Origin: a virus | Taxonomy: Duplodnaviria > Caudoviricetes | Virus record (IMG/VR): IMGVR_UViG_3300009095_000011 | Span: 50,227 to 114,226 of that record | Length of the DNA: 64,000 nucleotides | Reading direction: 5' to 3' (one strand) | In this document: one piece after another, positions 1 through 8,725 of the stretch | Position numbering within the stretch: the stretch's first letter is position 1 | Layout of the letters: the number at the start of each line of letters is the position of its first letter | Position numbers and translations under genes: made by a program | The notes under the pieces: model-generated | The model's input: only the letters and a program-made list of their open reading frames with translations | The model's database searches: none | Told to the model about the DNA's origin: nothing

Positions 1-1410
1 AAATTCAGGTATATCTCCATGTTGCCAATTGAGAGAAGCATAAATAGCTGAACGCCTTGAGCCACCTTGCATTACTTCTCTACCAATTTCATTAATAATC
101 CTCATTGCACTGACTGCACCAGAAGCTACACCACCAGTTTTTGACAATTTACTGCCACGTGGCCTATAAACACTATAATCAATCCCTATTCCTCCACCTG
201 TCATAAGACAAGATTGTGCTCTCCAAGATAAATTAGCCCATTCTTCACGTGTATCGCTTTCAGCTTTTAACAAGAAACAATTAAATGTATCAATATTATT
301 TTCAAGTATAAATCTATTATACACAGGTTCATAAGGACAATAAACATCCTCTTTTCCTAATGATCTGATAGAATCAACCTTAAACCCCTCCCACCTTTCG
401 CCATAATTATAATTAATAGTATAAATTCTAGAATGTTTTTTATATGCCGTCTCTCTATCCTGAAATCTTTTTTCTCCACTTATAACTAATCCAGCACATA
501 TAGCATTATCTATAAAATAATCTATATGAGATTCTGTTACAGAATTTATTTTTTTTCCTACTTTCTCGCAAGCATCTGCTTTAATCCACCCTAATATAAA
601 TCCACTTATATAGTCAGTAGTTTCATTTTTACTTGGTAACTCTTTAAAATTTATATCATTCCAAATTCTAATAACAGCATCTCCATTATAAGTTTTTGGA
701 AACTTGATATTATATTCAATATTAAGTTCTTTTAAATAATCTTCTACTTTATTTAAATAAGACATATTCTTTTCTCCACATAAACGAATCTTATGTGTAT
801 ATTTTTGATCTTTGTTTCTTATTCTTTCAAGATTTCCATCGCCAAATATTAAACCATGAATCCATCCCCTTTTACTAAAATTAGAAAATTTTCCAGCAGG
901 AACTACATCACCGATTCGCAAATCATAAGTATCTTTACCATTTATTAAAGGCCAATGATGAGTTCTTGTAGATTTTATTTTATAAGATATGTTGGAATTG
1001 CCCCTAATTGGTTTAAATATAATTTCTTGCACATCTTGTTTCCCATGATAAATTATCTCAGAAGGATAATATTTACCATCAATAGGAGATTTTAACATTA
1101 AAGTTTTTCCTACATTAGATTTTAAATCTTTTAATCCAAAATCAGTTAAGACCTTAGTTTCTCCCGCAAAGCAATTGTTAAAAAATTTATTTTCTCTACC
1201 AGCATAATATAAATATCTACCTCCCGCAATTGCTTGCATATCAGTATGAATTTGAATTAATTGTCGTATTTCATCTTTAGTAAGCAAATCTCCACAAACA
1301 TCATTTATTAGTGTTTTACTTAATTTATCCCACGTTTCACAATCTTTGTGTGCATATTTGTGATTAAAAATGTCTTCGGAGAATTTACTTCTGAAATATT
1401 TCTGACTCAT
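1..1410 (-). CDS. Ribonucleotide reductase large subunit (probably class II/NrdJ-like), intein-containing; 3' end runs off the window
   Basis: Manual translation from ATG at 1410 (MSQKYFRSKFSEDIF...AGGRYLYYAG...FFNN|intein|CFLLKAESDTREEW...GGGIGIDYS..RPRG...GGVASG...QGGSRRSA) shows RNR barrel motifs. Not in the supplied ORF track because it lacks a stop in the window. Confidence 0.9.
   Translation of the reverse strand, partial: MSQKYFRSKFSEDIFNHKYAHKDCETWDKLSKTLINDVCGDLLTKDEIRQLIQIHTDMQAIAGGRYLYYAGRENKFFNNCFAGETKVLTDFGLKDLKSNVGKTLMLKSPIDGKYYPSEIIYHGKQDVQEIIFKPIRGNSNISYKIKSTRTHHWPLINGKDTYDLRIGDVVPAGKFSNFSKRGWIHGLIFGDGNLERIRNKDQKYTHKIRLCGEKNMSYLNKVEDYLKELNIEYNIKFPKTYNGDAVIRIWNDINFKELPSKNETTDYISGFILGWIKADACEKVGKKINSVTESHIDYFIDNAICAGLVISGEKRFQDRETAYKKHSRIYTINYNYGERWEGFKVDSIRSLGKEDVYCPYEPVYNRFILENNIDTFNCFLLKAESDTREEWANLSWRAQSCLMTGGGIGIDYSVYRPRGSKLSKTGGVASGAVSAMRIINEIGREVMQGGSRRSAIYASLNWQHGDIPEF
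280..1173 (-). mobile_element. Intein (298 aa) with LAGLIDADG homing endonuclease in the RNR gene
   Basis: Begins CFAGETKV (block A), has STRTHHW (block B TxxH), LAGLIDADG-like WIHGLIFGDG and FILGWIKADA, and ends ...EDVYC...IDTFN followed by +1 Cys. Removal restores FFNNCFLL. Confidence 0.9.
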
Positions 1411-1456
1411 GAAAATTATTAGTTTATGATTGAATAATAAGTAAACGATTTATAAA

Positions 1457-1493
1457 ACAAAAGGGCTTCAAATTTACACAAATCAAGCCCCTT
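1457..1493 (-). terminator. Probable hairpin/terminator between the Ibr cluster and RNR
   Basis: Minus strand GGGCTTGA-loop-TGAAGCCC followed by TTTTGTTTT (imperfect stem). Confidence 0.45.
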
Positions 1494-1536
1494 CTGGAAA
1501 TTATCAATGAAATAAAATTAAATTAAAATTGACGAA

Positions 1537-1662
1537 TTATTTGGTTTTTACATCTTTGCGATAACCACATACTTTACAAATAATAATTGATTTATTACTA
1601 TCTAATATGTGTGGAGTTTCAGTCTTGCATTTGTTGCAGTATTGATAGTGGCGTGGGGTCAT
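1537..1662 (-). CDS. Small Zn-ribbon protein (41 aa)
   Basis: MTPRHYQYCNKCKTETPH...IICKVCGY: two CxxC motifs; starts immediately after the stop of the upstream ORF. Confidence 0.6.
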   Translation of the reverse strand: MTPRHYQYCNKCKTETPHILDSNKSIIICKVCGYRKDVKTK

Positions 1663-2313
1663 TTAAGTTATATTATCATCAGTTGCTTCCCATGTCATTG
1701 AAAATTCTTTATCCTTAAACATCTCTAATAAACTTGATATTTGAGATAATCTTAACACTTCATCTGCATCCATGCCTAATTCTTTAGATATTTTATTAGT
1801 AGTCCAATTTCTTCTTTTTAAATCCATTACTATTTTTGACATAAGATCAACATTATGTTTTCCACGTGCTCTATTATGTCTAATGGTTGAGGCTATCCTA
1901 TCATTAATTCCTTCACGGTTTTTATTAATAGTTACAACGGGTAAATATCCCCTTATTCTGTTTCTTATATTGGAAGATTCTTTACCTATTTTATTACGAT
2001 GAAATCCATCTATAACCTCCCTGTTACCATTTTCTTCAAGCATTGAAACAATAGGCTGAGTATAACCATCACATTCAATAGAGTGTTCTAAAAGTTTAAA
2101 TTCAGGTATTGCAACATTATTGGGATTATAACTATTGGCATGAATTTTATCACCCTTAATCCACAATACACAATCCACAGGTTCATTTTCAAATGGAGAA
2201 ATGGAATGCAGAAAAGACTTAATATTATTGAGTTGATTTACTTTTTCTTCAAATTCTAATTTCTCTAAATTTTCCCAAAGTTCAAAAAGTAATGATTCAA
2301 TTTTTTCTTGCAT
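1663..2313 (-). CDS. ibrB: IbrB-like ParB/Srx-domain protein
   Basis: EPVDCVLW, ANSYNPN, DGYTQPIV, VIDGFHR, DRIASTIRHNRARGKH, and an HTH-like ISKELGMDADEVLRL. Confidence 0.85.
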   Translation of the reverse strand: MQEKIESLLFELWENLEKLEFEEKVNQLNNIKSFLHSISPFENEPVDCVLWIKGDKIHANSYNPNNVAIPEFKLLEHSIECDGYTQPIVSMLEENGNREVIDGFHRNKIGKESSNIRNRIRGYLPVVTINKNREGINDRIASTIRHNRARGKHNVDLMSKIVMDLKRRNWTTNKISKELGMDADEVLRLSQISSLLEMFKDKEFSMTWEATDDNIT

Positions 2314-2881
2314 TTTTATTATATATAAATTTATATCCGTAAACTTGTTTTAATTTTCCATTGCAAACCAAACTAATATTGCCCTTATCGGCATTTTTAT
2401 ATTTAGTATTTTCTTTAATAAAAAATTCTGCTTCTTTAAGTGTTTCCCTTTGACAAATAAAATTATTATCTATATCGAAAATATCTACATATCCACGCCA
2501 ACAACTATTTTTATTTCCAACTCTTAATTTAGCTTTGTTACTTAATTTATTCCTTGTGTTATCATTAGATAATCCAATTTCCCATGCATGCTGAACATTT
2601 TCACTATTATTAACCCATTCTAAATTATCAATATGGTTGTTTTTTTTATTTCCATCTTTATGATTTACTATAGGTTTATTTTCTGGATTTGGAATAAAAG
2701 CTAAAGCAACGAGGCGATGGATATATAAATCTTTAAATGTAGTACAATAACCATTTTTAATTTGGTATTTTAAAATCCTAATTCCTTTATTAAAGCTCTT
2801 AATTCTACCTAAATTAGAAACCTGATATTTTTCATATCCAGGAATGTCTTTCCATATTTCATTGCTCATTTTTAAGTCCAT
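2297..2881 (-). CDS. NUMOD4-HNH homing endonuclease
   Basis: EIWKDIPGYEKYQVSNLGRIKS (NUMOD4); HRLVALAF..VNHKDGNKKNNHIDNLEW (HNH); C-terminal NUMOD1-like segment. Confidence 0.9.
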   Translation of the reverse strand: MDLKMSNEIWKDIPGYEKYQVSNLGRIKSFNKGIRILKYQIKNGYCTTFKDLYIHRLVALAFIPNPENKPIVNHKDGNKKNNHIDNLEWVNNSENVQHAWEIGLSNDNTRNKLSNKAKLRVGNKNSCWRGYVDIFDIDNNFICQRETLKEAEFFIKENTKYKNADKGNISLVCNGKLKQVYGYKFIYNKNARKN

Positions 2882-3437
2882 AAGAATCTTTATCTATAGT
2901 CCAACTATTCATATATTGATGTTTTCTGAATGTATGAGCAATTCCAAGCTGTTGTTTGAGACGAATATATTCTTCTGTTTCCATACCGAGATTGCCTATG
3001 ATTTCTTCATCCTCAAGTCCAAGATCATGTAACTTAACAACTAATTCACTCATTAATTCAACTTGATGCATACCTTTAATTCTATTCATAAGGACAGTTA
3101 ATTGTACTGCATCTTCATGAGTCAACTGTAAATCAACTATGCAAGCTTTTTTTGACCCTATTCTTTTAAGAGTTTCAAATCTATGATAACCATCAATGAT
3201 TCTATACATAGGCCTACCAACCTCTTCGCTTTTAGCTTTATTGTAAGTTGCAATTATAGGAAACAAGAAACCATATTTTTGAATACAATCTGCTAACAAG
3301 CTCATTTCAGTATCTGGCATTCGATTTGGATTGTAATCATTGGCAAATAATTGATCAATATTAACTTCAATTGCCTCAGTGGCTTTCATTTTTATTTCTT
3401 TCATATTATAGAGTTTTGTATTTACTGATTCTTTCAT
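2859..3437 (-). CDS. Second ParB/Srx-like (IbrB-like) protein; true start probably at the downstream MKATEA
   Basis: ANDYNPN, YGFLFPI, IIDGYHR, MNRIKGMH, LGMETEEYIRL. Confidence 0.8.
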   Translation of the reverse strand: MKESVNTKLYNMKEIKMKATEAIEVNIDQLFANDYNPNRMPDTEMSLLADCIQKYGFLFPIIATYNKAKSEEVGRPMYRIIDGYHRFETLKRIGSKKACIVDLQLTHEDAVQLTVLMNRIKGMHQVELMSELVVKLHDLGLEDEEIIGNLGMETEEYIRLKQQLGIAHTFRKHQYMNSWTIDKDSYGLKNEQ

Positions 3438-4377
3438 GAATGATATCTATATTTTCCTTTTCTTTTTCAATTAAAATATATGGTCTATTGATTTCCTCAC
3501 AAGCAATACCAGTTGTTCCACTCCCTGCGTAAGGATCTAAAACTATCCCACCCTGTGGCATTTTAGTTAAGGTACAAAGATACTTAATTAAAGCCAAAGG
3601 CTTAACAGTATCATGAGTATTGTTTAATCCTTTTTCTTCTTTCGTAGGTTTAGCACAATAGAAGAAATTAGAAGCTCCAAATTTTTGATTTTCTAATTCA
3701 TCTTTAATCTCTTCATTAATAATAACATTAGCAGGCCAACGACCTTCTTTTGTTCTTTTAATACCAAAATGTTTCCCGTCAGTATTAATTCTTGCTCCAT
3801 CAATCCAATATCCAGAAACTCCCCAATTTAAAGCATTATCATCATAATTGCCCTCAATTGGTTTTCTACATACAAGAATAGGTTCAAATGAAGGCTTTAA
3901 TGCAGTTCCCCAACCATTCCATTCCTCAGCTTCATTTGAATTAGGCTTATTTATTTTGATAACTTTTTGTTCATTATGTTTGCCACCCATTGGATTTTTA
4001 TTTACTATTAATTCTTGCTGTATATCTCCAAGTCTATTTCGATTCTTATCAATGACATAAGCAATATCAACACTTTTGGGGAAACCACTACCATAAAGCC
4101 ACATAATTGTATCCATTATATGAAATCCTGCTTCCTCTATGTTTACAGCAAGTCTATGAAACGTTCTACTGCCACCAAAACAAAGCATCGTTCCTCCTGG
4201 CTTTAATACCCTAAACATTTTTTGAAAAGCTTCTATTGATGGGATTGAATAATCCCATTTATTACCTTTAAATTTTAAACCATAAGGTGGGTCAGTAATA
4301 ATAGTAGTGATAAAATTATCTTCCATTTTATCAAGTACATTTTCACAACTATCGTGTATTATATTATTTGCATCCAT
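3406..4377 (-). CDS. DNA N6-adenine/N4-cytosine methyltransferase (beta class)
   Basis: TDPPY (motif IV), HDTVKP, VLDPYAGSGTT (motif I). Confidence 0.9.
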   Translation of the reverse strand: MDANNIIHDSCENVLDKMEDNFITTIITDPPYGLKFKGNKWDYSIPSIEAFQKMFRVLKPGGTMLCFGGSRTFHRLAVNIEEAGFHIMDTIMWLYGSGFPKSVDIAYVIDKNRNRLGDIQQELIVNKNPMGGKHNEQKVIKINKPNSNEAEEWNGWGTALKPSFEPILVCRKPIEGNYDDNALNWGVSGYWIDGARINTDGKHFGIKRTKEGRWPANVIINEEIKDELENQKFGASNFFYCAKPTKEEKGLNNTHDTVKPLALIKYLCTLTKMPQGGIVLDPYAGSGTTGIACEEINRPYILIEKEKENIDIIHERISKYKTL

Positions 4378-5435
4378 TTTTCTCTCAATTTCTCTAATTG
4401 TTCATCTCTTTTGGTGTTAAAAGCTTTACTATTCTCATAGTCATTTATTAATAACTGCCCTACTTGAGCTTGATAAACCTCTTCTTTTTTTGGTTGTTTG
4501 CTAAATCTTGCCTTAAATTTCTCTCTATGTTGATTTTCTGGAATATTTTCTAATAAGAAATCTCTATACTCCTCCCAACTCTTATAATGAGTTGGGAGTA
4601 TTTTATTAGAAAAAATAAGTTTCTCAGTTCCATATCTCATAGCGGTTGAAATACCGCCTATTCGCTTACAAAGCTTATCGTATGTTTCGGGTTCATATTT
4701 GGGTAAAGTAATTAATGATTTCCATGCTTTCTCATGAATAAGATTAGAAACCCTCATTTTATTATAAATAGAAACATTATCCATAAATTGAAGATCATAT
4801 ATTTTATTATATGGTATATTATAATCATAAATATATTTCCATACATCATATACAGTCCAGTCGTAAATCGGATAAAATTTCTTTATTCCATTTTGTACAG
4901 TACTCCATCTGATATTTTCCCAACCAACATATTTAGTAACTGCCCTAAACCTTATTACACCTTCTTCTGCCCTTATCCCAACAAGATAAATAGCATCTTT
5001 ATCTTTCCCCTCAAGGTAAGGGAATATTTCATAAAATCTTCTTGGATATTCTTCATCTATTGAATGTATTGAATTAGGTTCTTTATCTCTCATCCATTGC
5101 TCACCCTCCCCCCATGCATAAAGAAAATAATCCGAATAACTTGTGGCATTAGTCATATAAACAGGAACCTGATACCATAAGGGAATTACATTAGGGTGCT
5201 TCATTTGTTCCCTTATAATTTCTATTGATGCTGCATATTCTGCCTCCTGATCAAGGAAAAAAACATGTATTTTTCGATTTCTTTTGATTGCTTCTTGAAG
5301 TGCTAAATGATAAAGTACTGTACTATCTTTACCACTTGATATTGATACATGAATAGTTTCAAAAGTATCGAAAAGAAAAGACATCCTTTCTCTTGCAGCT
5401 TCAAGAACATTTTTATCTGGATTATATATTTTCAT
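4359..5435 (-). CDS. PAPS-reductase-like/DUF3440 (IbrA-like) protein, paralog 2
   Basis: PP-loop SISSGKDS, FLDQEAEY, LVGIRAEE, YPIYDW, MRVSNLIHE. Confidence 0.85.
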   Translation of the reverse strand: MKIYNPDKNVLEAARERMSFLFDTFETIHVSISSGKDSTVLYHLALQEAIKRNRKIHVFFLDQEAEYAASIEIIREQMKHPNVIPLWYQVPVYMTNATSYSDYFLYAWGEGEQWMRDKEPNSIHSIDEEYPRRFYEIFPYLEGKDKDAIYLVGIRAEEGVIRFRAVTKYVGWENIRWSTVQNGIKKFYPIYDWTVYDVWKYIYDYNIPYNKIYDLQFMDNVSIYNKMRVSNLIHEKAWKSLITLPKYEPETYDKLCKRIGGISTAMRYGTEKLIFSNKILPTHYKSWEEYRDFLLENIPENQHREKFKARFSKQPKKEEVYQAQVGQLLINDYENSKAFNTKRDEQLEKLREKWMQII

Positions 5436-6195
5436 TCTTTGTAACTTGAATAATTTTATTAAATGTATTTAGCCTTCTTATATTTTCTTCATGAAGAAAT
5501 TTATAAACTCCCAATTCTGGCAATAAGTAAACTTCATTTTCTTTATAAGAATCTATTGAATAATTAATACCAAACTTATTATTACACATCTTTAATAAAT
5601 TATTAATCCAAAGCTTAGGGGAAGTATATTTATTAAAAACAAATTCTTTAGCTTCATCATACCATTGCAAATCAACATCATTAAGATCATAAAAATCTGC
5701 CTTGTATGAAAGCATATCTATATCGGAATATGTATCTGTAATACAAAATCCAATATTGTCAGAATCTAAACGACAATTATTTTTGTCCCTAAGAAACCAA
5801 TGTTTCCATTCTGTTTCAATAGTATAACTATAAGGAATAGCAAATTTACCAGTGCCACAAAGTCCATAATGAAACCAAAAACGCCAAGGTTCCCCAATAA
5901 ATGGTAAATGATCTATGCTCATTTTAGGAATATCCCTTGTTATAGTAAAAAGATGCTCAAGCACAAAATCAGTTCTATTACTTGGGGTCATAATTTTATT
6001 TAGACCAAAAAATATTAACAAATTAGCATGTATATTGTGATAAATGGTTTTGTATTCTTGGAATTCTATATTGCCCCTTATTCCTGGTATATCTGGTATA
6101 TCATATCCTTCTTTGTAAATTACCCATGTATCTTCTGGTAATTCCGGTAATTTTACAGTTTTTAAATCTTTAAGAAATTGTATTTTAGGAATCAT
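5422..6195 (-). CDS. Hypothetical protein in the Ibr operon
   Basis: 257-aa ORF overlapping both neighbours; no motif confidently recognised. Confidence 0.6.
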   Translation of the reverse strand: MIPKIQFLKDLKTVKLPELPEDTWVIYKEGYDIPDIPGIRGNIEFQEYKTIYHNIHANLLIFFGLNKIMTPSNRTDFVLEHLFTITRDIPKMSIDHLPFIGEPWRFWFHYGLCGTGKFAIPYSYTIETEWKHWFLRDKNNCRLDSDNIGFCITDTYSDIDMLSYKADFYDLNDVDLQWYDEAKEFVFNKYTSPKLWINNLLKMCNNKFGINYSIDSYKENEVYLLPELGVYKFLHEENIRRLNTFNKIIQVTKNENI

Positions 6196-6748
6196 AACCC
6201 ATATATTTTTTAGCTATGTAATATACACACTTTTTATTTAAATCAGAACATATAAAATTTTTAAATTTAGAAGCCACATTGCCATATCCACAATTAAAAT
6301 CCAATACTGTATTAAATTTTTCAGAAAGCTTATCTATTGCTTCCCAATTATCTTTAAATTCAACCTTATCATGATTCCATATAGCCAACAAAGAAGAGTA
6401 TCCGTGTAATTGTATTTCAGTAATATAATCTGGATTTAATTTATTAATGGCATGTTTGCCTGTAATGATAAAAGTGGGTTTTTTTAATTCATTTATTATT
6501 CTCTGAATAGAGAACAAATATAAATTAAAATCATCATTTTTACAATCCGTACGATCAATAAAAGTTTTATATCCACTTCTCCATGCTGGCTCAGAATAAA
6601 TCACATCAGCTTCATAAAACAATGGCAAAACGCCATCTATTAAATTATGAGCTATGACATGAGAATTATTATATTTATAATAATCTAATTCTTTTAAATT
6701 TTGAATTTCATCCGTAAGTGCAGAATGATAATTTTTAGATACTTTCAT
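6185..6748 (-). CDS. Compact SAM-dependent methyltransferase-like protein
   Basis: DVIYSEPAW (DPPW-like motif IV) precedes VLDFNCGYG...CSDLN (motif I/II). Confidence 0.6.
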   Translation of the reverse strand: MKVSKNYHSALTDEIQNLKELDYYKYNNSHVIAHNLIDGVLPLFYEADVIYSEPAWRSGYKTFIDRTDCKNDDFNLYLFSIQRIINELKKPTFIITGKHAINKLNPDYITEIQLHGYSSLLAIWNHDKVEFKDNWEAIDKLSEKFNTVLDFNCGYGNVASKFKNFICSDLNKKCVYYIAKKYMGYDS

Positions 6749-7928
6749 GGTTTTTGTTTTTTCTCATTTTTAATACTAATCCATACATTTCAGTTTTAGG
6801 TTGTGATTTACCCAATCCCTTCATGTAATAATCATTTTTTAAAATACATTTAGTAATTAATCTCCAACTTGGAACCTTACCAGTTTTTTCAAGACAGCCT
6901 GGAACTTCATCCGGTATTCCTTTTGGATACCCTCTATCTTTCCATAATTTAACATAAGAATCAATTATATTATTGTAATGATTTTTGGTTTTATCAGGAA
7001 TTGAATTTAATAATAAATTGGAAATTTCCCGCCATGTTGTATTTTTAGGCTTTTGTATATTATTATAATTATTTTCCTTTATATATAAAGCTCCGCTATT
7101 AACTCCACTAACTCTATTTACAACCTTTGACCAAGTTTCCGGTTCTACAATATGAAATAACCATAATCCTATTTTTTGCTCATCACCATAGGGCTGACAT
7201 ATTCTTTGATGCCTTAATGGAACACCTGCCTTATGCATTAATTCATACAATTCATTATATTTCTTTTCTGGATTATTACAATGATAAATCCAAATATCTT
7301 CTGTTTCCCAATCATAAATCGGATAAACATTAAATAAATTTTCTGAAATTTGAGTAGTAAATAAGTTTGAATCTAATGTTTTTTTATTGAGATTATAAAT
7401 AGCCCTAAACCTATTTAAACTCTCATTTGTTCTAATTCCAACTAAACAGGCAGTTTTTTTATTATCAGAATACCATTTCCCAAATTCAAACATAAATTCT
7501 TCAAACTCCATTCCTTTATTGAAAAAGGAAAAATAATTTTCATCACTTATAGATTTTTCTGGCAAATCCCTAACCCAATCATTTTTTCGATCTTTATCCC
7601 AACATATCCATGAAGGTTCATATACACTAACGGCATTTCTTAATTTTAATGGAAGAGCAATCCAATATAAATCTATATAATCTCTGTATTCTTCAATACA
7701 ATTTTTTAAATGATCTATAGTTAATTTATATTGAGCTTCTAAATCTATTACTAATACACCTATTTTTTTATTTCTTCTTTTTGCTTCATCCATAGCGAGA
7801 TGAAGCATTACTGTTGAATCTTTGCCAGCACTAAAACATAAATAAATTTTATCAAATGAATCAAAAGTCCATTTTATTCTTTGCTTCGCAGCTTCATAAA
7901 CATTAATATCTAATCTATATTTAGGCAT
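6735..7928 (-). CDS. ibrA: IbrA-like PAPS-reductase/DUF3440 protein, paralog 1
   Basis: FSAGKDS, IDLEAQY, LVGIRTNESLNR, YPIYDWETEDIW, QRICQPYG, PSWRLITKCILKND. Confidence 0.88.
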   Translation of the reverse strand: MPKYRLDINVYEAAKQRIKWTFDSFDKIYLCFSAGKDSTVMLHLAMDEAKRRNKKIGVLVIDLEAQYKLTIDHLKNCIEEYRDYIDLYWIALPLKLRNAVSVYEPSWICWDKDRKNDWVRDLPEKSISDENYFSFFNKGMEFEEFMFEFGKWYSDNKKTACLVGIRTNESLNRFRAIYNLNKKTLDSNLFTTQISENLFNVYPIYDWETEDIWIYHCNNPEKKYNELYELMHKAGVPLRHQRICQPYGDEQKIGLWLFHIVEPETWSKVVNRVSGVNSGALYIKENNYNNIQKPKNTTWREISNLLLNSIPDKTKNHYNNIIDSYVKLWKDRGYPKGIPDEVPGCLEKTGKVPSWRLITKCILKNDYYMKGLGKSQPKTEMYGLVLKMRKNKNHESI

Positions 7929-8299
7929 ATTAAATCTTTATTATGCAATTCCCATTTATAAATTAATTCTTGTGCTATTTTATCAGATCTGTCTTGGACT
8001 TCTTTAGAAAGTAAATTCCAAGCTTCCATTGTTATTACATGAGGTATTTTTTGATAAGCCGCACATGCTGCCTGACCCAACCACGCTATTCTATTAAGAC
8101 TTGTATTTGATAAATTATGCTCACAAGAATATTTCCAGTTCTCAACAACAAAAGACATCATTTCTTTTGTTAAATGTTCGTTATTGAACATTTTAATTGA
8201 ATACTGTATTTTTTGTTCTTTTTTTATTCCAGAACAATTGCCATAAAAATTATTATGAAAATCTTCCCAAAGATGGTAGGGGTGCCAAATTCTTTTCAT
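7910..8299 (-). CDS. Hypothetical protein upstream of ibrA
   Basis: MKRIWHPYHLWED...CEHNL...NRIAWLGQAAC; coupled to dut and ibrA. Confidence 0.65.
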   Translation of the reverse strand: MKRIWHPYHLWEDFHNNFYGNCSGIKKEQKIQYSIKMFNNEHLTKEMMSFVVENWKYSCEHNLSNTSLNRIAWLGQAACAAYQKIPHVITMEAWNLLSKEVQDRSDKIAQELIYKWELHNKDLICLNID

Positions 8300-8721
8300 T
8301 ATTTACCAGTTGATCCAAATCCATTTTCTCCACGTTCTGATTCATTAAGCTCTTTTACCTCAATAAATTCAATAACATTAACATTTTCAACATGAATTTG
8401 ACCTATACGATCGCCTACTTTATAATTTGGCAAAGATGGGATTATATTATAGAAATGAAATAAATATTCTCCTGTATATCCATAATCTCCCGTTGCTGTT
8501 GAATTAGATAAAATAAGTCCTGTTTTATAAATTGATGATCGAGGTCTTAAATCTAATCTTGTTCCCTCTGGTATCTCAAAAGACAATCCTATTCCATATC
8601 TTATAATTCCATTGCCCAAATCATCCATTGAAGTAGCATATACATCAAAACATGCATCTGTTGGATATTTTTGATAAGGTTCTTTGGCTAATGGGTGTAG
8701 CTTTTTAAATTTTACTTTCAT
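8299..8721 (-). CDS. dut: Trimeric dUTPase
   Basis: DACFDV, PRSS, GDYGYTGE, DRIGQ, RGENGFGSTG. Confidence 0.93.
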   Translation of the reverse strand: MKVKFKKLHPLAKEPYQKYPTDACFDVYATSMDDLGNGIIRYGIGLSFEIPEGTRLDLRPRSSIYKTGLILSNSTATGDYGYTGEYLFHFYNIIPSLPNYKVGDRIGQIHVENVNVIEFIEVKELNESERGENGFGSTGK

Positions 8722-8725
8722 GGGT

